Shown one piece after another: positions 51,440 to 63,961 of a DNA stretch of 64,000 nt. The stretch is taken from positions 14,680 through 78,679 of the forward strand of contig PBAL01000022.1 of the NCBI GenBank assembly GCA_002715965.1. Direction: 5' to 3'. Origin of the DNA: Verrucomicrobiales bacterium (GTDB taxonomy: Bacteria > Verrucomicrobiota > Verrucomicrobiia > Limisphaerales > JAYPXF01). The translations under genes were made by a program, and so were the position numbers. Below the pieces are notes generated by a model, which was not told where the DNA came from, searched no databases, and worked only from the letters and a program-made list of their open reading frames with translations. The stretch's first letter is position 1; every line of letters begins with the position of its first letter.

Positions 51440-52975
51440 TTACCGCTTCATCAGTGCTCGGTAGGTCAGTTCGGCCCGCTCGTCAACCGCTCCACGCGCG
51501 GTGAGCAATCCAATCAACAATGCAATCCCGAAGCCGATCGGCCAGAACCAGACACTGAACCACTCGGACCTCGCGTACATCAACCAGATGGTGATGCCCG
51601 CGCCAAGCAAAGCCCCGACAAACACCCCCGCCGGGCGAGCGCGACGCACGAAGAACGCAAGGATGAACACCGCCAGCAACGGCCCGCCAAAGCCGGCGGT
51701 CAGCTTCTTGCCGATCGCAAATACATCTCCAAGGTCACCGACGAGGCACGCCAACCCGACCGCGATCGCCCCGATCACAAAGACCAGCACCCTGATGAGG
51801 ATGACATCCCGTTTGTCGTCGTCCGGTTTCCAATGAGGGAACAATCGATCGCGGAAGTCCGTGATCAATGCCGTCGTCACCGAGTGAATCCCCGAGTCAA
51901 TGCTGGACATGATGGCCGCCATCAACGCGGCCAGGAACAGGCCGATCATGCCGGGCGGGAAATGAAGGCGCACGAATTGGGGCATAGCCTTGTCCGACAG
52001 ATTGTTTTCCCGCACCAAATCTGCAGCGTTCGCCGGATCGGCCACTTCGATCTTCTGCTCGTGGAGAACGGGCAACAGCTCCGAGGGGTGCTTGTCGAAA
52101 TAGCCGTAAAGACCGATGCCGATCAGCAGGAGACCGGGAACTACAATCCACATTCCGGCGAGATTGAGCCAGGCGCCTCGTTGTGCAGTACGTTCGGAAT
52201 CGGCGGCAATGTAACGTTGCACGGCGACCTGGTCCGCGCCGAAGGCAGACAAGGCTTCCAGGAACACGCCGATCAGAATCGCCCAACTGCCCATGCTCAA
52301 GGTCATCGACAGCTCGAAATTGACCATGATTCCGTCCCGTCCGCTGAAGTAGTGATCGGTGAATTCTCCCGCACTCATCCCGCTTTTCGACACGATCAGG
52401 AACAGGGTGATTCCGATCGTGAGCGCGAAGATGAAGAATTGAATCACGTCCGTCCACATCACCGCGCGCAAGCCACCGATGATGGTGTAAACGATGGCCA
52501 CCAATCCGAGTACGATGATCACATGGATTTGTTCGACTCCCGCCACCGTCGAAACCACCAGCGACGCTGCGTAGGTCGCCGAGGCCATCCAGGCAATTCG
52601 CAGCAGGATGAACAAGCCACTCGCAAGACAGCGGATGGATACGTGAAATCGTTTCTCCAGATAATGGTAAGCGGTCTCGCACTCAAGCCGCCGAAAAACC
52701 GGAATAAAAACGTAGGCAACGACGGGAGTCATCAGCGTGAAGGTGACCAGGGAAAGCCCGATCAAGAGCGTTCCGCCGAACGCAGCTGAGGGATAAAACA
52801 CGAAGCTGTTCGACGAAAACAAGGTGGCCATCACACTCAGCCCGACCGCCAGCCACCCCATCGCGCCACTGGCGGTGAAGAACTCCTTGCGCGACTGCGA
52901 GCGACCGAACCAGAAACCAAGACCCAGCGTGAAGACCAGGTAACCAATGATTACGACGTAATCCAGCGCGTGCAC
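51440..52975 (-). CDS. Sodium:solute symporter (SSS family)
   Basis: GGLRAVMWTDVIQ, DQVAVQRY, AAIMSSIDS, many TM helices. Confidence 0.93.
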   Translation of the reverse strand: MHALDYVVIIGYLVFTLGLGFWFGRSQSRKEFFTASGAMGWLAVGLSVMATLFSSNSFVFYPSAAFGGTLLIGLSLVTFTLMTPVVAYVFIPVFRRLECETAYHYLEKRFHVSIRCLASGLFILLRIAWMASATYAASLVVSTVAGVEQIHVIIVLGLVAIVYTIIGGLRAVMWTDVIQFFIFALTIGITLFLIVSKSGMSAGEFTDHYFSGRDGIMVNFELSMTLSMGSWAILIGVFLEALSAFGADQVAVQRYIAADSERTAQRGAWLNLAGMWIVVPGLLLIGIGLYGYFDKHPSELLPVLHEQKIEVADPANAADLVRENNLSDKAMPQFVRLHFPPGMIGLFLAALMAAIMSSIDSGIHSVTTALITDFRDRLFPHWKPDDDKRDVILIRVLVFVIGAIAVGLACLVGDLGDVFAIGKKLTAGFGGPLLAVFILAFFVRRARPAGVFVGALLGAGITIWLMYARSEWFSVWFWPIGFGIALLIGLLTARGAVDERAELTYRALMKR

Positions 52976-53064
52976 AAAACTTGGTAGCCCGTCCGCAGTT
53001 GATGCTCAATGACGAAACGGCACAATCGAATTGATGTCGCGTTTCCAGCATACCAATCTCCCGT

Positions 53065-54387
53065 ATGCGAACGATTCTGCTCCTTTGCCTCAGCACACTG
53101 ATTACTTCGGCCCAGAAGCCGCCATACGACAAGCCACCCGCGGTTGAGCCTCCCTACTATCGGGTGCGTTATGAGGCATCGAACAAGCCTGGCGAACTGA
53201 TCTTCCCCGTTCAATACACCGTCTGGATACCCGCGGGCGTAAAGAACTTGCGCGGGCTGGTCGTGCACCAACACGGCTGCGGGGAAGGTTCCTGCAAGTC
53301 AGGACAAACCGGCGCGTTTGACCTGCATTGGCAGGCTCTGGCAAAGAAACACGATTGCGCATTGCTCGCGCCCTCCTACGAACAGCCACAGAAGGCAAAT
53401 TGCCAGATGTGGTGCGATCCGCGAAACGGATCCAGCAAGGCGTTTCGACAGGCTCTGTCTGATTTAGGCAGGCAATGCGGACATCCGGAACTGAACGAGG
53501 TTCCGTGGGCGCTTTGGGGTCACAGCGGTGGTGGACATTGGGCGGGTGGCATGGTGTTTCTCCATGCGGAACGCGTTGTCGCGGCTTGGTTGCGATCCGG
53601 TGTTCCCCTGATTCAGCCCAATCCCGAGCGCCCTGAAATCAAGCCTTACGATATCCCGGCAAACGCTCTCGCCGTCCCGATCATGTGCAATCCCGGCACC
53701 AAGGAAGGCGTGACGGTAAAGGACGGACGTTTCGCCCGCGTCTGGCCGGCCAACGAACTCTACTTCAGAGCGATGCGCGGCCGGGGCTCACTGATTGGCG
53801 TCGCGGTCGATCCGCTTAGTGCTCACGAATGCGGCAACCAACGCTACATGGCGATCCCTTGGCTGGATGCCTGCCTGACAGCACGCCTGTCCGCGAAGAA
53901 CGGCCAGGCCATGAAACCGATGCCCGCCGGCAAAGCATGGCTGGCTCCGTTGCTCGGAAAAAAAGCCACTCCGCGAAAGAAGTTCGAGGGCGACGAGAAG
54001 ACCTCCGTGTGGTTGCCGAATCGCGCAATTGCCATGGCCTGGCAGCGCTATGTGGAAGACACGGCGATCCCGGACAACACCCCGCCTCCAGCTCCAACAA
54101 ATCTTCGCGTCAACGGAAACCGGCTGACTTGGTCCGCGGAAGCTGATTTGGAAAGCGGTCTGGCGAAATTCACCATCGAGCGCGACGGAAAACAGATCGC
54201 GACCGTTCCCGACGATGCGAAAAATCGCTTCGGTCGTCCCATCTTCCAGGGACTTCAATACAGTGACACGCCCACCGTCCCGCTCGCGCGTATGGAATTT
54301 GTGGATGAAACCGCCAAGCCAGGTGTGCGGCACAGGTATCGCGTATTCAGCGTGAACACCGCCGGTCTCGAGACACCTTCGAGATAA
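53065..54387 (+). CDS. Secreted alpha/beta hydrolase-fold protein with a C-terminal Fn3-like domain
   Basis: HQHGCG, WGHSGGG nucleophile motif, PPAPTNLRV...YRVFSVN. Confidence 0.75.
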   Translation: MRTILLLCLSTLITSAQKPPYDKPPAVEPPYYRVRYEASNKPGELIFPVQYTVWIPAGVKNLRGLVVHQHGCGEGSCKSGQTGAFDLHWQALAKKHDCALLAPSYEQPQKANCQMWCDPRNGSSKAFRQALSDLGRQCGHPELNEVPWALWGHSGGGHWAGGMVFLHAERVVAAWLRSGVPLIQPNPERPEIKPYDIPANALAVPIMCNPGTKEGVTVKDGRFARVWPANELYFRAMRGRGSLIGVAVDPLSAHECGNQRYMAIPWLDACLTARLSAKNGQAMKPMPAGKAWLAPLLGKKATPRKKFEGDEKTSVWLPNRAIAMAWQRYVEDTAIPDNTPPPAPTNLRVNGNRLTWSAEADLESGLAKFTIERDGKQIATVPDDAKNRFGRPIFQGLQYSDTPTVPLARMEFVDETAKPGVRHRYRVFSVNTAGLETPSR

Positions 54388-54399
54388 GGCGACTCACCG

Positions 54400-54729
54400 T
54401 TGTTTTCTCAGCAGCCCTGCTGGCCGGCGGATGTGGATGAGCTGAAGGCGTATCTGTTGGAGCGGAATTCTGATACCAACGCGATCGCGCTGCTCATCGA
54501 TCCGCTTCGCAGGGGTGATATCGTGCTTGTCTGGCAAGGCGCGCTTTCCGATGTCGGCGATGCGAGTGAGAAATTCCTACTCGGCTATGAGAAGAACACT
54601 CCAAGGTCTGGGGGATACATGGTCACGGGCGGGGGATTCGTTCGGCAGATAAGTGCAGAGGAGTTTGCGGAATACAAACCATTGCCAAAGCAGCTGGTGA
54701 GCGTGCCTGACGACAAGGACAAGAAGTAG
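54400..54729 (+). CDS. Hypothetical protein, probably an N-truncated remnant
   Basis: LLGYEKNTPRSGGYMVTGGGFVRQISAEEF resembles the C-termini of small PVC pilin-like proteins; weak TTG start. Confidence 0.4.
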   Translation: MFSQQPCWPADVDELKAYLLERNSDTNAIALLIDPLRRGDIVLVWQGALSDVGDASEKFLLGYEKNTPRSGGYMVTGGGFVRQISAEEFAEYKPLPKQLVSVPDDKDKK

Positions 54730-54759
54730 AAAATGGCGAAGCGATCAGTGCCCAGCTGT

Positions 54760-55821
54760 TCAGCCGCCCAACTCACTCAGCTTCGCCGAAGCCTTCCCAC
54801 CGGCGATCACGCCTTTCGCCAGCTCAATCCCCGCCCCGATCGAATCCGCTGCCCCGGCAACAAACAGGGCTGCTCCGGCGTTCACCAGGACCGCATCCGC
54901 CTTCGCACCACCAATTTCGCCGCAGAGAATCCCCCGGGTCGTGACCGCGTTTGCCTCTGCATCTCCACCTTCCAGATCGGACAACTGGGCATCGTCAATT
55001 CCCAAGTCCGTCGGCGACAGCTTCGAAACCGAAAATCCCTTGTCCTGATAAAACTCCGCAACCGTCGTGGTGCCAAGGGTGGAGATTTCGTCCATGTGAC
55101 GTTCGTCGCCTTCGATCGCACCGCTCACCACCATCCCGCGACGGATGCCCAGTGACTGCAATACTTTCGCCAAGGGTTCGCACAGCGCGGGATTAGGTAC
55201 GCCGACCAATTGCGCGCTCGGGCGCGCCGGATTCAACATCGGCCCCAAGAAATTAAAAATCGTCCTCTGCCCCCGCTCCGCGCAGACCTTCCGCGCAGGA
55301 ACGATGTTCTTGAAGGCCGGATGATACACCGGCGCGAAGAGGAACGCGAATCCCTTGTCCTTGATCGACGTCGCTGCATCCGCCGGCGAGAGATCCGTGG
55401 GAATGCCCAAGGCCCCGAGCACATCCGAACTTCCCGACTTCGACGTGATCGCGCGATTTCCATGCTTGGCCACCTTTACTCCTGCGGCTGCGACGAGGAT
55501 TGCCACCGTCGTAGAGATGTTGAAGGTGTCCAGCTTGTCTCCACCAGTGCCACAAACGTCGACGATCTCCCCCTTTCTGGTTTCAACATCCAGAATCACT
55601 TCCGTCGCCCGCTCCCGCAATTCCCGCGCAAACGCAGCGATTTCCTCCGTCGACTCGCCCTTGTCCGCGAGTGCGATCAAAAAGTCCGCCTTCACCTCCG
55701 GCTCGATGTTTTCATACATCAAGGCCGTGATCGCCGAGCACACCTGGTCCTCATTCAGGTCGTTTCCTTCCGAAACTAGCTTTGTGAATTCCTGTAGCAC
55801 GTCTGCGACAATAGGAACCAC
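54760..55821 (-). CDS. trpD: Anthranilate phosphoribosyltransferase
   Basis: DVCGTGGD, FNISTT, AKHGNR, RTIFNFLGP; exact start uncertain. Confidence 0.96.
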   Translation of the reverse strand: MVPIVADVLQEFTKLVSEGNDLNEDQVCSAITALMYENIEPEVKADFLIALADKGESTEEIAAFARELRERATEVILDVETRKGEIVDVCGTGGDKLDTFNISTTVAILVAAAGVKVAKHGNRAITSKSGSSDVLGALGIPTDLSPADAATSIKDKGFAFLFAPVYHPAFKNIVPARKVCAERGQRTIFNFLGPMLNPARPSAQLVGVPNPALCEPLAKVLQSLGIRRGMVVSGAIEGDERHMDEISTLGTTTVAEFYQDKGFSVSKLSPTDLGIDDAQLSDLEGGDAEANAVTTRGILCGEIGGAKADAVLVNAGAALFVAGAADSIGAGIELAKGVIAGGKASAKLSELGG

Positions 55822-55908
55822 CCCTCTCGAATAAAGACAAAACTATGCACATCACTCGGTGAGATCCCCGACTTCCCAATCTCACGCGAACTCGCTTTAA
55901 TCCCGCCC

Positions 55909-56661
55909 ATGAATTCACTCGATCTGAACGGCAAGAGCGGCATCGTCACCGGAGGTGCCAGCGGCATCGGTTTTGGCATCACCCAACGCATGCTCGCATC
56001 TGGAGCCAAGGTGGCCATCTGGGACCGCTCCGTGGAAAACATGAATCGCGCGGAGGAGGAACTCAACGCGGGCGACTCCATCCGGACCGTCCAGGTCGAA
56101 CTCACCGATCCCTCCGATGTCAAGAAAGCCGCCGACGAAACCAACGAGGCGTTTGGCAGCATAGAATTCCTGGTCAACTGCGCCGGGATCGCCGGCACCA
56201 ATGCCAAGGTCTGGGAACTCGAACCCGAGCAATGGACCTCCGTCATCGATGTCAACCTCAACGGCGTGTTCTTCTGCTGCAACGCGGTCGTGCCCCACAT
56301 GCTCAAGAACAAATACGGGCGCATCGTCAACATCGCCTCGATCGCGGGCAAGGAAGGCAACCCGACCGCTTCCCACTACAGCGCATCCAAGGCCGGCGTC
56401 ATCGGACTCACCAAGTCCCTCGGCAAGGAACTCGCCCAGGAAGGTGTCATTGTGAACACCGTCACTCCCGCCGTGATCCAGACGCCCATCCTCGAACAGG
56501 TGGAGCAATACCACATCGATTACATGCTCTCGAAGATTCCCATGGGCCGATTCGGCGAAGTCAACGAAGCCGCAGCCATGGTCGCCTGGCTTTGTTCCGA
56601 CGATTGTTCATTCACCACGGCCTCGGTCTTCGATCTCTCGGGCGGACGCGCAACCTATTGA
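55909..56661 (+). CDS. SDR family NAD(P)-dependent oxidoreductase
   Basis: TGGASGIG, NCAG, YSASK. Confidence 0.93.
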   Translation: MNSLDLNGKSGIVTGGASGIGFGITQRMLASGAKVAIWDRSVENMNRAEEELNAGDSIRTVQVELTDPSDVKKAADETNEAFGSIEFLVNCAGIAGTNAKVWELEPEQWTSVIDVNLNGVFFCCNAVVPHMLKNKYGRIVNIASIAGKEGNPTASHYSASKAGVIGLTKSLGKELAQEGVIVNTVTPAVIQTPILEQVEQYHIDYMLSKIPMGRFGEVNEAAAMVAWLCSDDCSFTTASVFDLSGGRATY

Positions 56662-56667
56662 TCGGCG

Positions 56668-57324
56668 ATGCTTCGAATACTTTTCATCATCGCGATTTAT
56701 TTCGCTGCTTCTTCAGACACAATTGCCGCCGACAAAGCAGGCACGAACACCACGGACAAAGCCAGTTACATCATCGGTTACAACCTCGGGGCCAGCCTCG
56801 CCCGGGACGGTGTGAAGTTGGACATCAAGTCCCTGATTGAGGGATTCTCCACCGGGCAGGCCAAGCGTCCGCCAAAGTATTCCGTCGAGGAAATGAAGGA
56901 AATTGTCAGTGGAGTTCGCTCCGACGTGGTTGAAGTTCGCAAGAACCACGAGATTGCCTTCCTCGAACAGAACAAAAAGAACACCAACGTCGTCGTCACC
57001 GATTCCGGCCTGCAATACCAGATCATCGAACCAGGTGAAGGCACATCTCCAAAACCCCACGAGATCGTCACCGTCAACTACACCGGCCACCTCATCGACG
57101 GACGCGAATTCGACAACTCTTACAAGCGCAAGAAAGCCACCGTCGTCGCGATCGAATCCATGCTTCCCGGCTGGAAAGAAGCCATCGTCAAAATGAAACC
57201 CGGTTCCCAATGGCGCCTCTTCATTCCTTCGGAACTTGGCTATGGCAAAACCGGCGCTCCTCCCCGCATCCCACCCCACGCGACGCTAATCTTCAATGTG
57301 GAGCTGGTCAAAGTGGGTCTCTGA
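56668..57324 (+). CDS. FKBP-type peptidyl-prolyl isomerase (Mip/FkpA-like)
   Basis: ASYIIG N-domain, TDSGLQY, VNYTGHL, IPSELGYG, IPPHATLIFNVEL. Confidence 0.93.
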   Translation: MLRILFIIAIYFAASSDTIAADKAGTNTTDKASYIIGYNLGASLARDGVKLDIKSLIEGFSTGQAKRPPKYSVEEMKEIVSGVRSDVVEVRKNHEIAFLEQNKKNTNVVVTDSGLQYQIIEPGEGTSPKPHEIVTVNYTGHLIDGREFDNSYKRKKATVVAIESMLPGWKEAIVKMKPGSQWRLFIPSELGYGKTGAPPRIPPHATLIFNVELVKVGL

Positions 57325-57569
57325 TTTACCCTCGTTCTCTTGGAAAGCAGGAGCTTGGGAACGAGTTGCGAAATGAATTGCTCCCGGCGAACAGAATCCG
57401 CCGGGAGCGCAATCGCTCGCTGCAGGCAGAGATGTGTCCGGAAGTTGTGGATGAGGGTGTGACGGGCATGCCAACTTGGGTTTGCTAAAAACCTAACGAA
57501 AGGCCCCCAAATGAACACACCCGCCACGAGGCAAACATCCGAACCCATCGACTTCTGGTCATATCTCAG

Positions 57570-57880
57570 ATTCACTCACCGAGTGGACTCAAAGCGGATG
57601 TGTATCTTGTCGGAACAGACGAATTTCATCAGTGGAGTTTCGAAACAAGAGAAGCTACGAGATCGACGGTGTCCATGTTGAACTGGCGCCTCCGGACTAC
57701 GTCATTGTAAGAAAGTTGGAGTATTTTCGAGAAGGCGGTTCGGAGAAACGCCTCCGGGATATTCGTTCGATCCTCAAAACTTCGGCCAACGTCACCGATT
57801 CAGAGGCAATGCAATCCTGGATCGGCAGACTCAACTTGGAAGATCAGTGGCGGCAAGCTGACCACGAGCGCGGCGCTTGA
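57570..57880 (+). pseudogene. Frameshifted C-terminal remnant of a nucleotidyltransferase-like protein
   Basis: IHSPSGLKADVYLVG...QWSF, frameshift, then APPDYVIVRKLEYFREGGSEKRLRDI. Confidence 0.55.
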
Positions 57881-57937
57881 TGGAACCTCGTGTTCCTTTG
57901 TCAGAACACCTTGCCCCTGGCGGCAGACGCTGAACGG

Positions 57938-59425
57938 CTATTGGGAATCCCAGTCTCTCGAACGCGACAAAGCTTTGGACCAACCCGACAAAAGCTTTTT
58001 CTTGGCCGCAGATTTCATCGCAGGGTTGAAGCGTCGGTCTTCCTGCCATTGCCGGGAAATGGCTGCCTGGTCTTTCCAGAATCCGACTGCAAGCCCGGCG
58101 AGGTAGGCCGCACCGAGAGCGGTCGTTTCCTGCACCTTGGGCCGAATGACGGGGACGCCGAGGAGATCGGATTGAAACTGCATCAGGAAGTTGTTTGCGC
58201 AGGCACCTCCATCCACACGGAGTTCCTTCAGCTTGATGCCCGCATCGGCGTGCATGGCCTGGAGGACGTCGTTCACCTGGAAGGCGATGCCCTCCAATGT
58301 TGCCCGCGCAATGTGGGCACAAGTTGAGCCCCGGGTCAGACCGACGATGGTTCCGCGCGCATATTGATCCCAGTGCGGCGCGCCCAGTCCGGCGAAGGCG
58401 GGCACGACGTGGACACCGCCGTTGTCGGACACGGAAGTGGCAAGAGCCTCGATATCAGGAGCGCGCCGGATTATTCCCAAGCCGTCACGCAGCCATTGCA
58501 CCGCGGCACCGGCGGTGAACACACTCCCTTCCAATGCGTAGTCAGTGCGGTTGCCGATCTTCCACGCGACTGTGGTGAGCAGGTTGTTCTTCGACGGGAC
58601 GGGCTTCGTGCCGGTGTTCATCAACATGAAACATCCTGTGCCATAGGTGTTCTTCGCCGAGCCCGTCTTGGTGCAGGCCTGACCGAACAGCGCGGCCTGT
58701 TGATCTCCGGCAATGCCCGCAATGGGAATCGATCCGCCCAACAGGTCAGTCTCTCCATAGACTTCGCTCGAGGCGCAAACCTCGGGCAGCATGGATGGCG
58801 GAACGTTCAGGATCTCCAGGAGTTGTTTGTCCCAACGACCCGACTTGATGTTGTAAAGCAACGTGCGTGAGGCGTTGCTCACGTCGGTCACATGTCTTTG
58901 GCCCTTGGTGAGATTCCAGACCAACCAGGAGTCCACCGTTCCGAACGCCAGCTTCCCCTGCCGCGCCAACGCCTTCGCGCCTTTCACATTCTTGAGTATC
59001 CACTGCACTTTCGTGCCGGAGAAATAGGCATCCAGCACCAAGCCGGTCTTACGTTGGAACGTTGGCGCCAGCTTCTGTTTGCGCAACCCGTCACAGACCG
59101 GAGCCGTGCGCCGATCCTGCCAGACAATGGCGTTGCCGATCGGCTTCCCGGTTTCCCGGTCCCAAACCACGGTCGTCTCCCGTTGGTTCGTGATCCCGAT
59201 GGCGGCCACCTGCTTCGCGGCGATCCCAGCCTTGTTCAACGCCTGCCGCGCCATGGCAAGCTGGGAAGACCAGATCTCGTTCGCATCATGCTCCACCCAG
59301 CCGGGCTTCGGAAAAATCTGCCGAAACTCCTTCTGGGCGACCGAAACAATGGTTCCCCGCCTGTCAAACACGATGGCCCGCGAACTGGTGGTGCCTTGAT
59401 CGAGTGAAAGGATGTATTTCTTCAC
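57938..59425 (-). CDS. glpK: Glycerol kinase
   Basis: [37 protein letters not shown]; GTG start at 59425. Confidence 0.97.
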   Translation of the reverse strand: MKKYILSLDQGTTSSRAIVFDRRGTIVSVAQKEFRQIFPKPGWVEHDANEIWSSQLAMARQALNKAGIAAKQVAAIGITNQRETTVVWDRETGKPIGNAIVWQDRRTAPVCDGLRKQKLAPTFQRKTGLVLDAYFSGTKVQWILKNVKGAKALARQGKLAFGTVDSWLVWNLTKGQRHVTDVSNASRTLLYNIKSGRWDKQLLEILNVPPSMLPEVCASSEVYGETDLLGGSIPIAGIAGDQQAALFGQACTKTGSAKNTYGTGCFMLMNTGTKPVPSKNNLLTTVAWKIGNRTDYALEGSVFTAGAAVQWLRDGLGIIRRAPDIEALATSVSDNGGVHVVPAFAGLGAPHWDQYARGTIVGLTRGSTCAHIARATLEGIAFQVNDVLQAMHADAGIKLKELRVDGGACANNFLMQFQSDLLGVPVIRPKVQETTALGAAYLAGLAVGFWKDQAAISRQWQEDRRFNPAMKSAAKKKLLSGWSKALSRSRDWDSQ

Positions 59426-59453
59426 GATGTGTTTCTTGTGCGACTGGCCGAAG

Positions 59454-60194
59454 TCAGGACCCGGCGGCCGGCCAAATCGCCTTGTAGAACAGCGCAGCTG
59501 CCACGCCGCCAATAATTGGCCCAATGACCGGCACCCAGGCGTATCCCCAATCCGAATCGCCTTTGCCGGGGATCGGCAACAGGAAATGAGCGATGCGCGG
59601 GCTCAGATCACGGGCAGGATTGATGGAGTGTCCAGTGGGCCCTCCCAACGACAGGCCGATTGCGAAAACCAACAATCCGACCAACATCGGCCCAAGCCCC
59701 GTATCCCAACCCGCATCCGGGTTCAGGTTGTCCGGACGGAGGATCGTCAGCACACCCAGAACCAGCATGAACGTACCGATTGCTTCTGTGATCACATTCG
59801 CACCGGGCTTTCGGATGGCCGGTGCGGTGCAGAAGACCGCCAGCTTGCTCGCCTTGTCCTCCGTAACTTCCCAGTGCGCGAGGTAAGCCAGCCAGACCAC
59901 CACCGCGCCGACAAACGCACCGCCGAACTGCGCCGCGAGGTAGCCTGCTACATGGCTGGCTGAGAGCTCCCCAATGGAGGCCATCCCCAAGGTCACGGCC
60001 GGATTCAGATGAGCGCCACTGATCCACCCCACCGAATAGACCCCCATCGCCACCGCCAGCCCCCAACCAGTGGCTATCACGAGCCAACCGGAATCATTGC
60101 CCTTCGTTTTGGTGAGCAGGACATTGGCAACCACGCCGTTGCCGAAGATGATCAGGATCATTGTGCCTAGAAATTCAGCGAGATAGGGGGACAT
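59454..60194 (-). CDS. glpF: Glycerol uptake facilitator (aquaglyceroporin)
   Basis: SGAHLNPA and INPARD motifs; directly upstream of glpK. Confidence 0.95.
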   Translation of the reverse strand: MSPYLAEFLGTMILIIFGNGVVANVLLTKTKGNDSGWLVIATGWGLAVAMGVYSVGWISGAHLNPAVTLGMASIGELSASHVAGYLAAQFGGAFVGAVVVWLAYLAHWEVTEDKASKLAVFCTAPAIRKPGANVITEAIGTFMLVLGVLTILRPDNLNPDAGWDTGLGPMLVGLLVFAIGLSLGGPTGHSINPARDLSPRIAHFLLPIPGKGDSDWGYAWVPVIGPIIGGVAAALFYKAIWPAAGS

Positions 60195-60282
60195 GCAGGG
60201 ATGGAAACGTAGATTTCACCGAAAGCAAGCCAAGTATCCCCGCTATGGACTCCACATGTTCCCCAGCGCACTGATCCGGCAC

Positions 60283-60310
60283 AAAAAAGGGCGGACCACA
60301 TGATCCGCCT
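60283..60310 (-). terminator. Probable intrinsic terminator upstream of glpF
   Basis: Minus strand aggcggatc-atgt-ggtccgccc followed by T6. Confidence 0.6.
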
Positions 60311-60460
60311 CGGCAATATAGCTCCAACATCCAGAGACCTGATTTTGCTGCCAAGAATTTCGAAAGGGAGGCAGATGACAACGAATGATGGGGAAACGGC
60401 CTTGAATCGAGCATCCTATCCTTCCCATGCGTTACCCTGATCGTTTGTTGCACCTCCGGT

Positions 60461-60780
60461 TCACGGGAATAACCGAATGACGACCTGGGAGAAACGCGAG
60501 GAATTGGTCTGAGAGTTGAGCGTATCTTCGTGCCGAATTCGCTCCCAGATGCCGTCGATTGATTGGCTGAAGATTTGAATACGGACTCGATCCAGGTTCC
60601 TCCATTCGATGAATAGAGGACCCGATACTCAATACCAGGTTGTGATGAACTTTTGCGCCGGACATACTCCACGCAGAGTCGCCCCTTGGTCCGGTCCAAC
60701 CAGATTCTTGGAAACCCGCTTGTCGCTTGCCCGTTCTCGAGATTGCGAAACGGTTCATCTGCATCCGGCCCAAACCAACG
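60461..60780 (-). pseudogene. Frameshifted remnant of a verrucomicrobial secreted-protein C-terminal module
   Basis: TSGFPRIWL...LCVEYVRRK...[11 protein letters not shown]...W, frameshift, IDGIWERIRHED...RFSQVVI-stop. Confidence 0.5.
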
Positions 60781-60901
60781 GCTGAGACGCTCAATTGTCC
60801 TTTCATTCCGACTTTGTGAAAAAAATCACAAATTCGCCTTGCCTGTGTTTTTGGGGGTGATTAGCTTCGTTTTCGCGTGCCGGGATCGGTGTGTACCGCG
60901 T

Positions 60902-61402
60902 ATGAAAAACCAGGAAATTGGCTACAATTCGAAGATCGAAGGCGGTGTCGTTGTGACGCGGCTGGATGAGGCCATTAATTGGTGTCGGAAGCAGTCTTTG
61001 TGGCCGATGCCGATGGGGCTGGCCTGTTGCGCGATTGAATTGATGGCCGCGGGGGCGAGCAAGTTCGATATCGCCCGTTTTGGGGCAGAAGTGATGCGTT
61101 TTTCGCCTCGTCAGGCCGATGTGATGGTGGTGGCGGGGACGGTGACCTACAAGATGGCCTTGGCGGTTCGCCGGATTTACGACCAGATGCCCGCCCCTAA
61201 GTGGGTGATTGCGATGGGGGCCTGTGCTTCGACGGGTGGGATGTATCGGAGCTACGCGGTTTTGCAAGGTGTCGACAACATTTTGCCGGTGGATGTGTAT
61301 GTGGCGGGTTGCCCTCCGCGTCCGGAAGCCCTTCTCGATGCCTTGCTGAAGTTGCAGGGCAAAGTTCAGAATGAGCCCTCGATCTCTGCCGGGGCTGCCT
61401 GA
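60902..61402 (+). CDS. nuoB: NADH-quinone oxidoreductase subunit B
   Basis: [27 protein letters not shown]. Confidence 0.97.
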   Translation: MKNQEIGYNSKIEGGVVVTRLDEAINWCRKQSLWPMPMGLACCAIELMAAGASKFDIARFGAEVMRFSPRQADVMVVAGTVTYKMALAVRRIYDQMPAPKWVIAMGACASTGGMYRSYAVLQGVDNILPVDVYVAGCPPRPEALLDALLKLQGKVQNEPSISAGAA

Positions 61403-61416
61403 GTTCCTTTTCGACT

Positions 61417-61578
61417 ACAGATGGACACAGATGGACACAGATCTTTGCCTTTGGGGAAGACGGATGCGTGTATTCAGTCTGAAAGTCCACAGGGAAAGAC
61501 GTCTGTTTTCACTAATTCTCAAGAATTTCAACCCGGGGTCAGGTCAGACCTTGAGTCCCATCTGTGTAAATCTGTGTG
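61417..61578. repeat. Inverted arrays of a 10-bp unit (ACAGATGGAC)n ... (ATCTGTGT)n
   Basis: acagatggacacagatggacacagat at 61417-61442 and atctgtgtaaatctgtgtg at 61560-61578. Confidence 0.7.
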
Positions 61579-61620
61579 CAGCTCTCCCAATGAAGTCGGG
61601 TTCTGGGGTTTTACCAAAGC

Positions 61621-62198
61621 ATGAGCGCCGATCTCGCCAATCAATTGCAGAAGAAATTCAAAAAGTTCATTGCTGAGCCGGTTGAGTTTCGGGGCGAGTA
61701 CTCATTGCATCTGTCGGATGCTGAGAAGGTGGCGGAGGTGTGCACTTTTGCGCGGGATGAATTGGGTTTCGATATGCTGTTGGATATCTCGAGCATCGAC
61801 AATTACGGGGACGATCCGCGTTGGACGGTGGTTTACGAGCTCTACAGTATCGAAAAGCGGGCGCATCTGCGATTGCGCACGGATGTTGGTGAGGAGAAGT
61901 CGGAGTTGCCGACGGTTTCGGGTATTTGGGCCACGGCCGATTGGCACGAGCGTGAGGTTTACGACATGATGGGGATTCGATTTAGCAATCACCCCGATCT
62001 GCGACGAATTTTGATGTGGGAAGGCTATCCGCATTATCCCTTGCGGAAAGACTTTCCCTTGGCCGGCAAGGACACTGACGTTCCGGAAGTTGCGTTCACT
62101 GATCCGGCTCCGTTAGAGGGTGGGCCATTCGTCACGGTGGCTGGAGGAAAGGACAGTATTGAGCGCGAGCCACGGGTTCGCATCCCCGAAGACGAATA

Positions 62199-62199
<1 letters not shown>
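61621..62199 (+). CDS. nuoC: NADH-quinone oxidoreductase subunit C
   Basis: ADWHEREVYDMMGI.F..HPDLRRILM...PLRKDFP. Confidence 0.96.
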
Positions 62200-63475
<1,276 letters not shown>

Positions 63476-63479
<4 letters not shown>

Positions 63480-63961
63480 AGTTCAAAGTTTCTCCCAAGC
63501 TCGAAAAAGAGATCGACGACCGGATCAAAAACTATCCGGAGAAACGCAGTGCGTCGTTGATGATCCTGCATGCGGTGCAGGAAGCGCAGGGCTACATCTC
63601 CCAGGACGCGGTCGAGTGGATCGCAGCCAAGCTCGAACTCGAGCCGATCAATGTTTACGAACTGGTCACCTTCTACCCGATGTTCCGTCAGGAGCCTGCG
63701 GGCAAATACGTGATCAAGGTCTGTCGCACCCTGAGCTGCGCGCTCGGTGGTTCGGGTCAGCTATTCAAGCACTTCTGCAAGAAGCTGAAGCTGGATCCGA
63801 AGAAACACGGGTTGCAGACCTCGAAAGACGGGCGATTCTCAGTTGAATTTGTGGAATGTCTCGCCAGTTGCGGGACGGCTCCGGTGATGATGATCAATGG
63901 CGACTTTTACGAAGGCGTCACCACGGAGAAGGCCGACAAGCTGATGTCGAAATGCAAATAG
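63476..63961 (+). CDS. nuoE: NADH-quinone oxidoreductase subunit E
   Basis: TFYPMF, CRTLSC and ECLASC 2Fe-2S ligands. Confidence 0.95.

Noticed and set aside
51146-52789. Long antisense ORFs (for example 547 aa here, 461 aa at 23360-24745, 424 aa at 32643-33917)
   Set aside because: Shadow ORFs opposite well-supported genes, expected at high GC, with no recognisable motifs
57380-57410. GC hairpin gctcccggcg...cgccgggagc
   Set aside because: Single copy without a U tract, so its function cannot be supported
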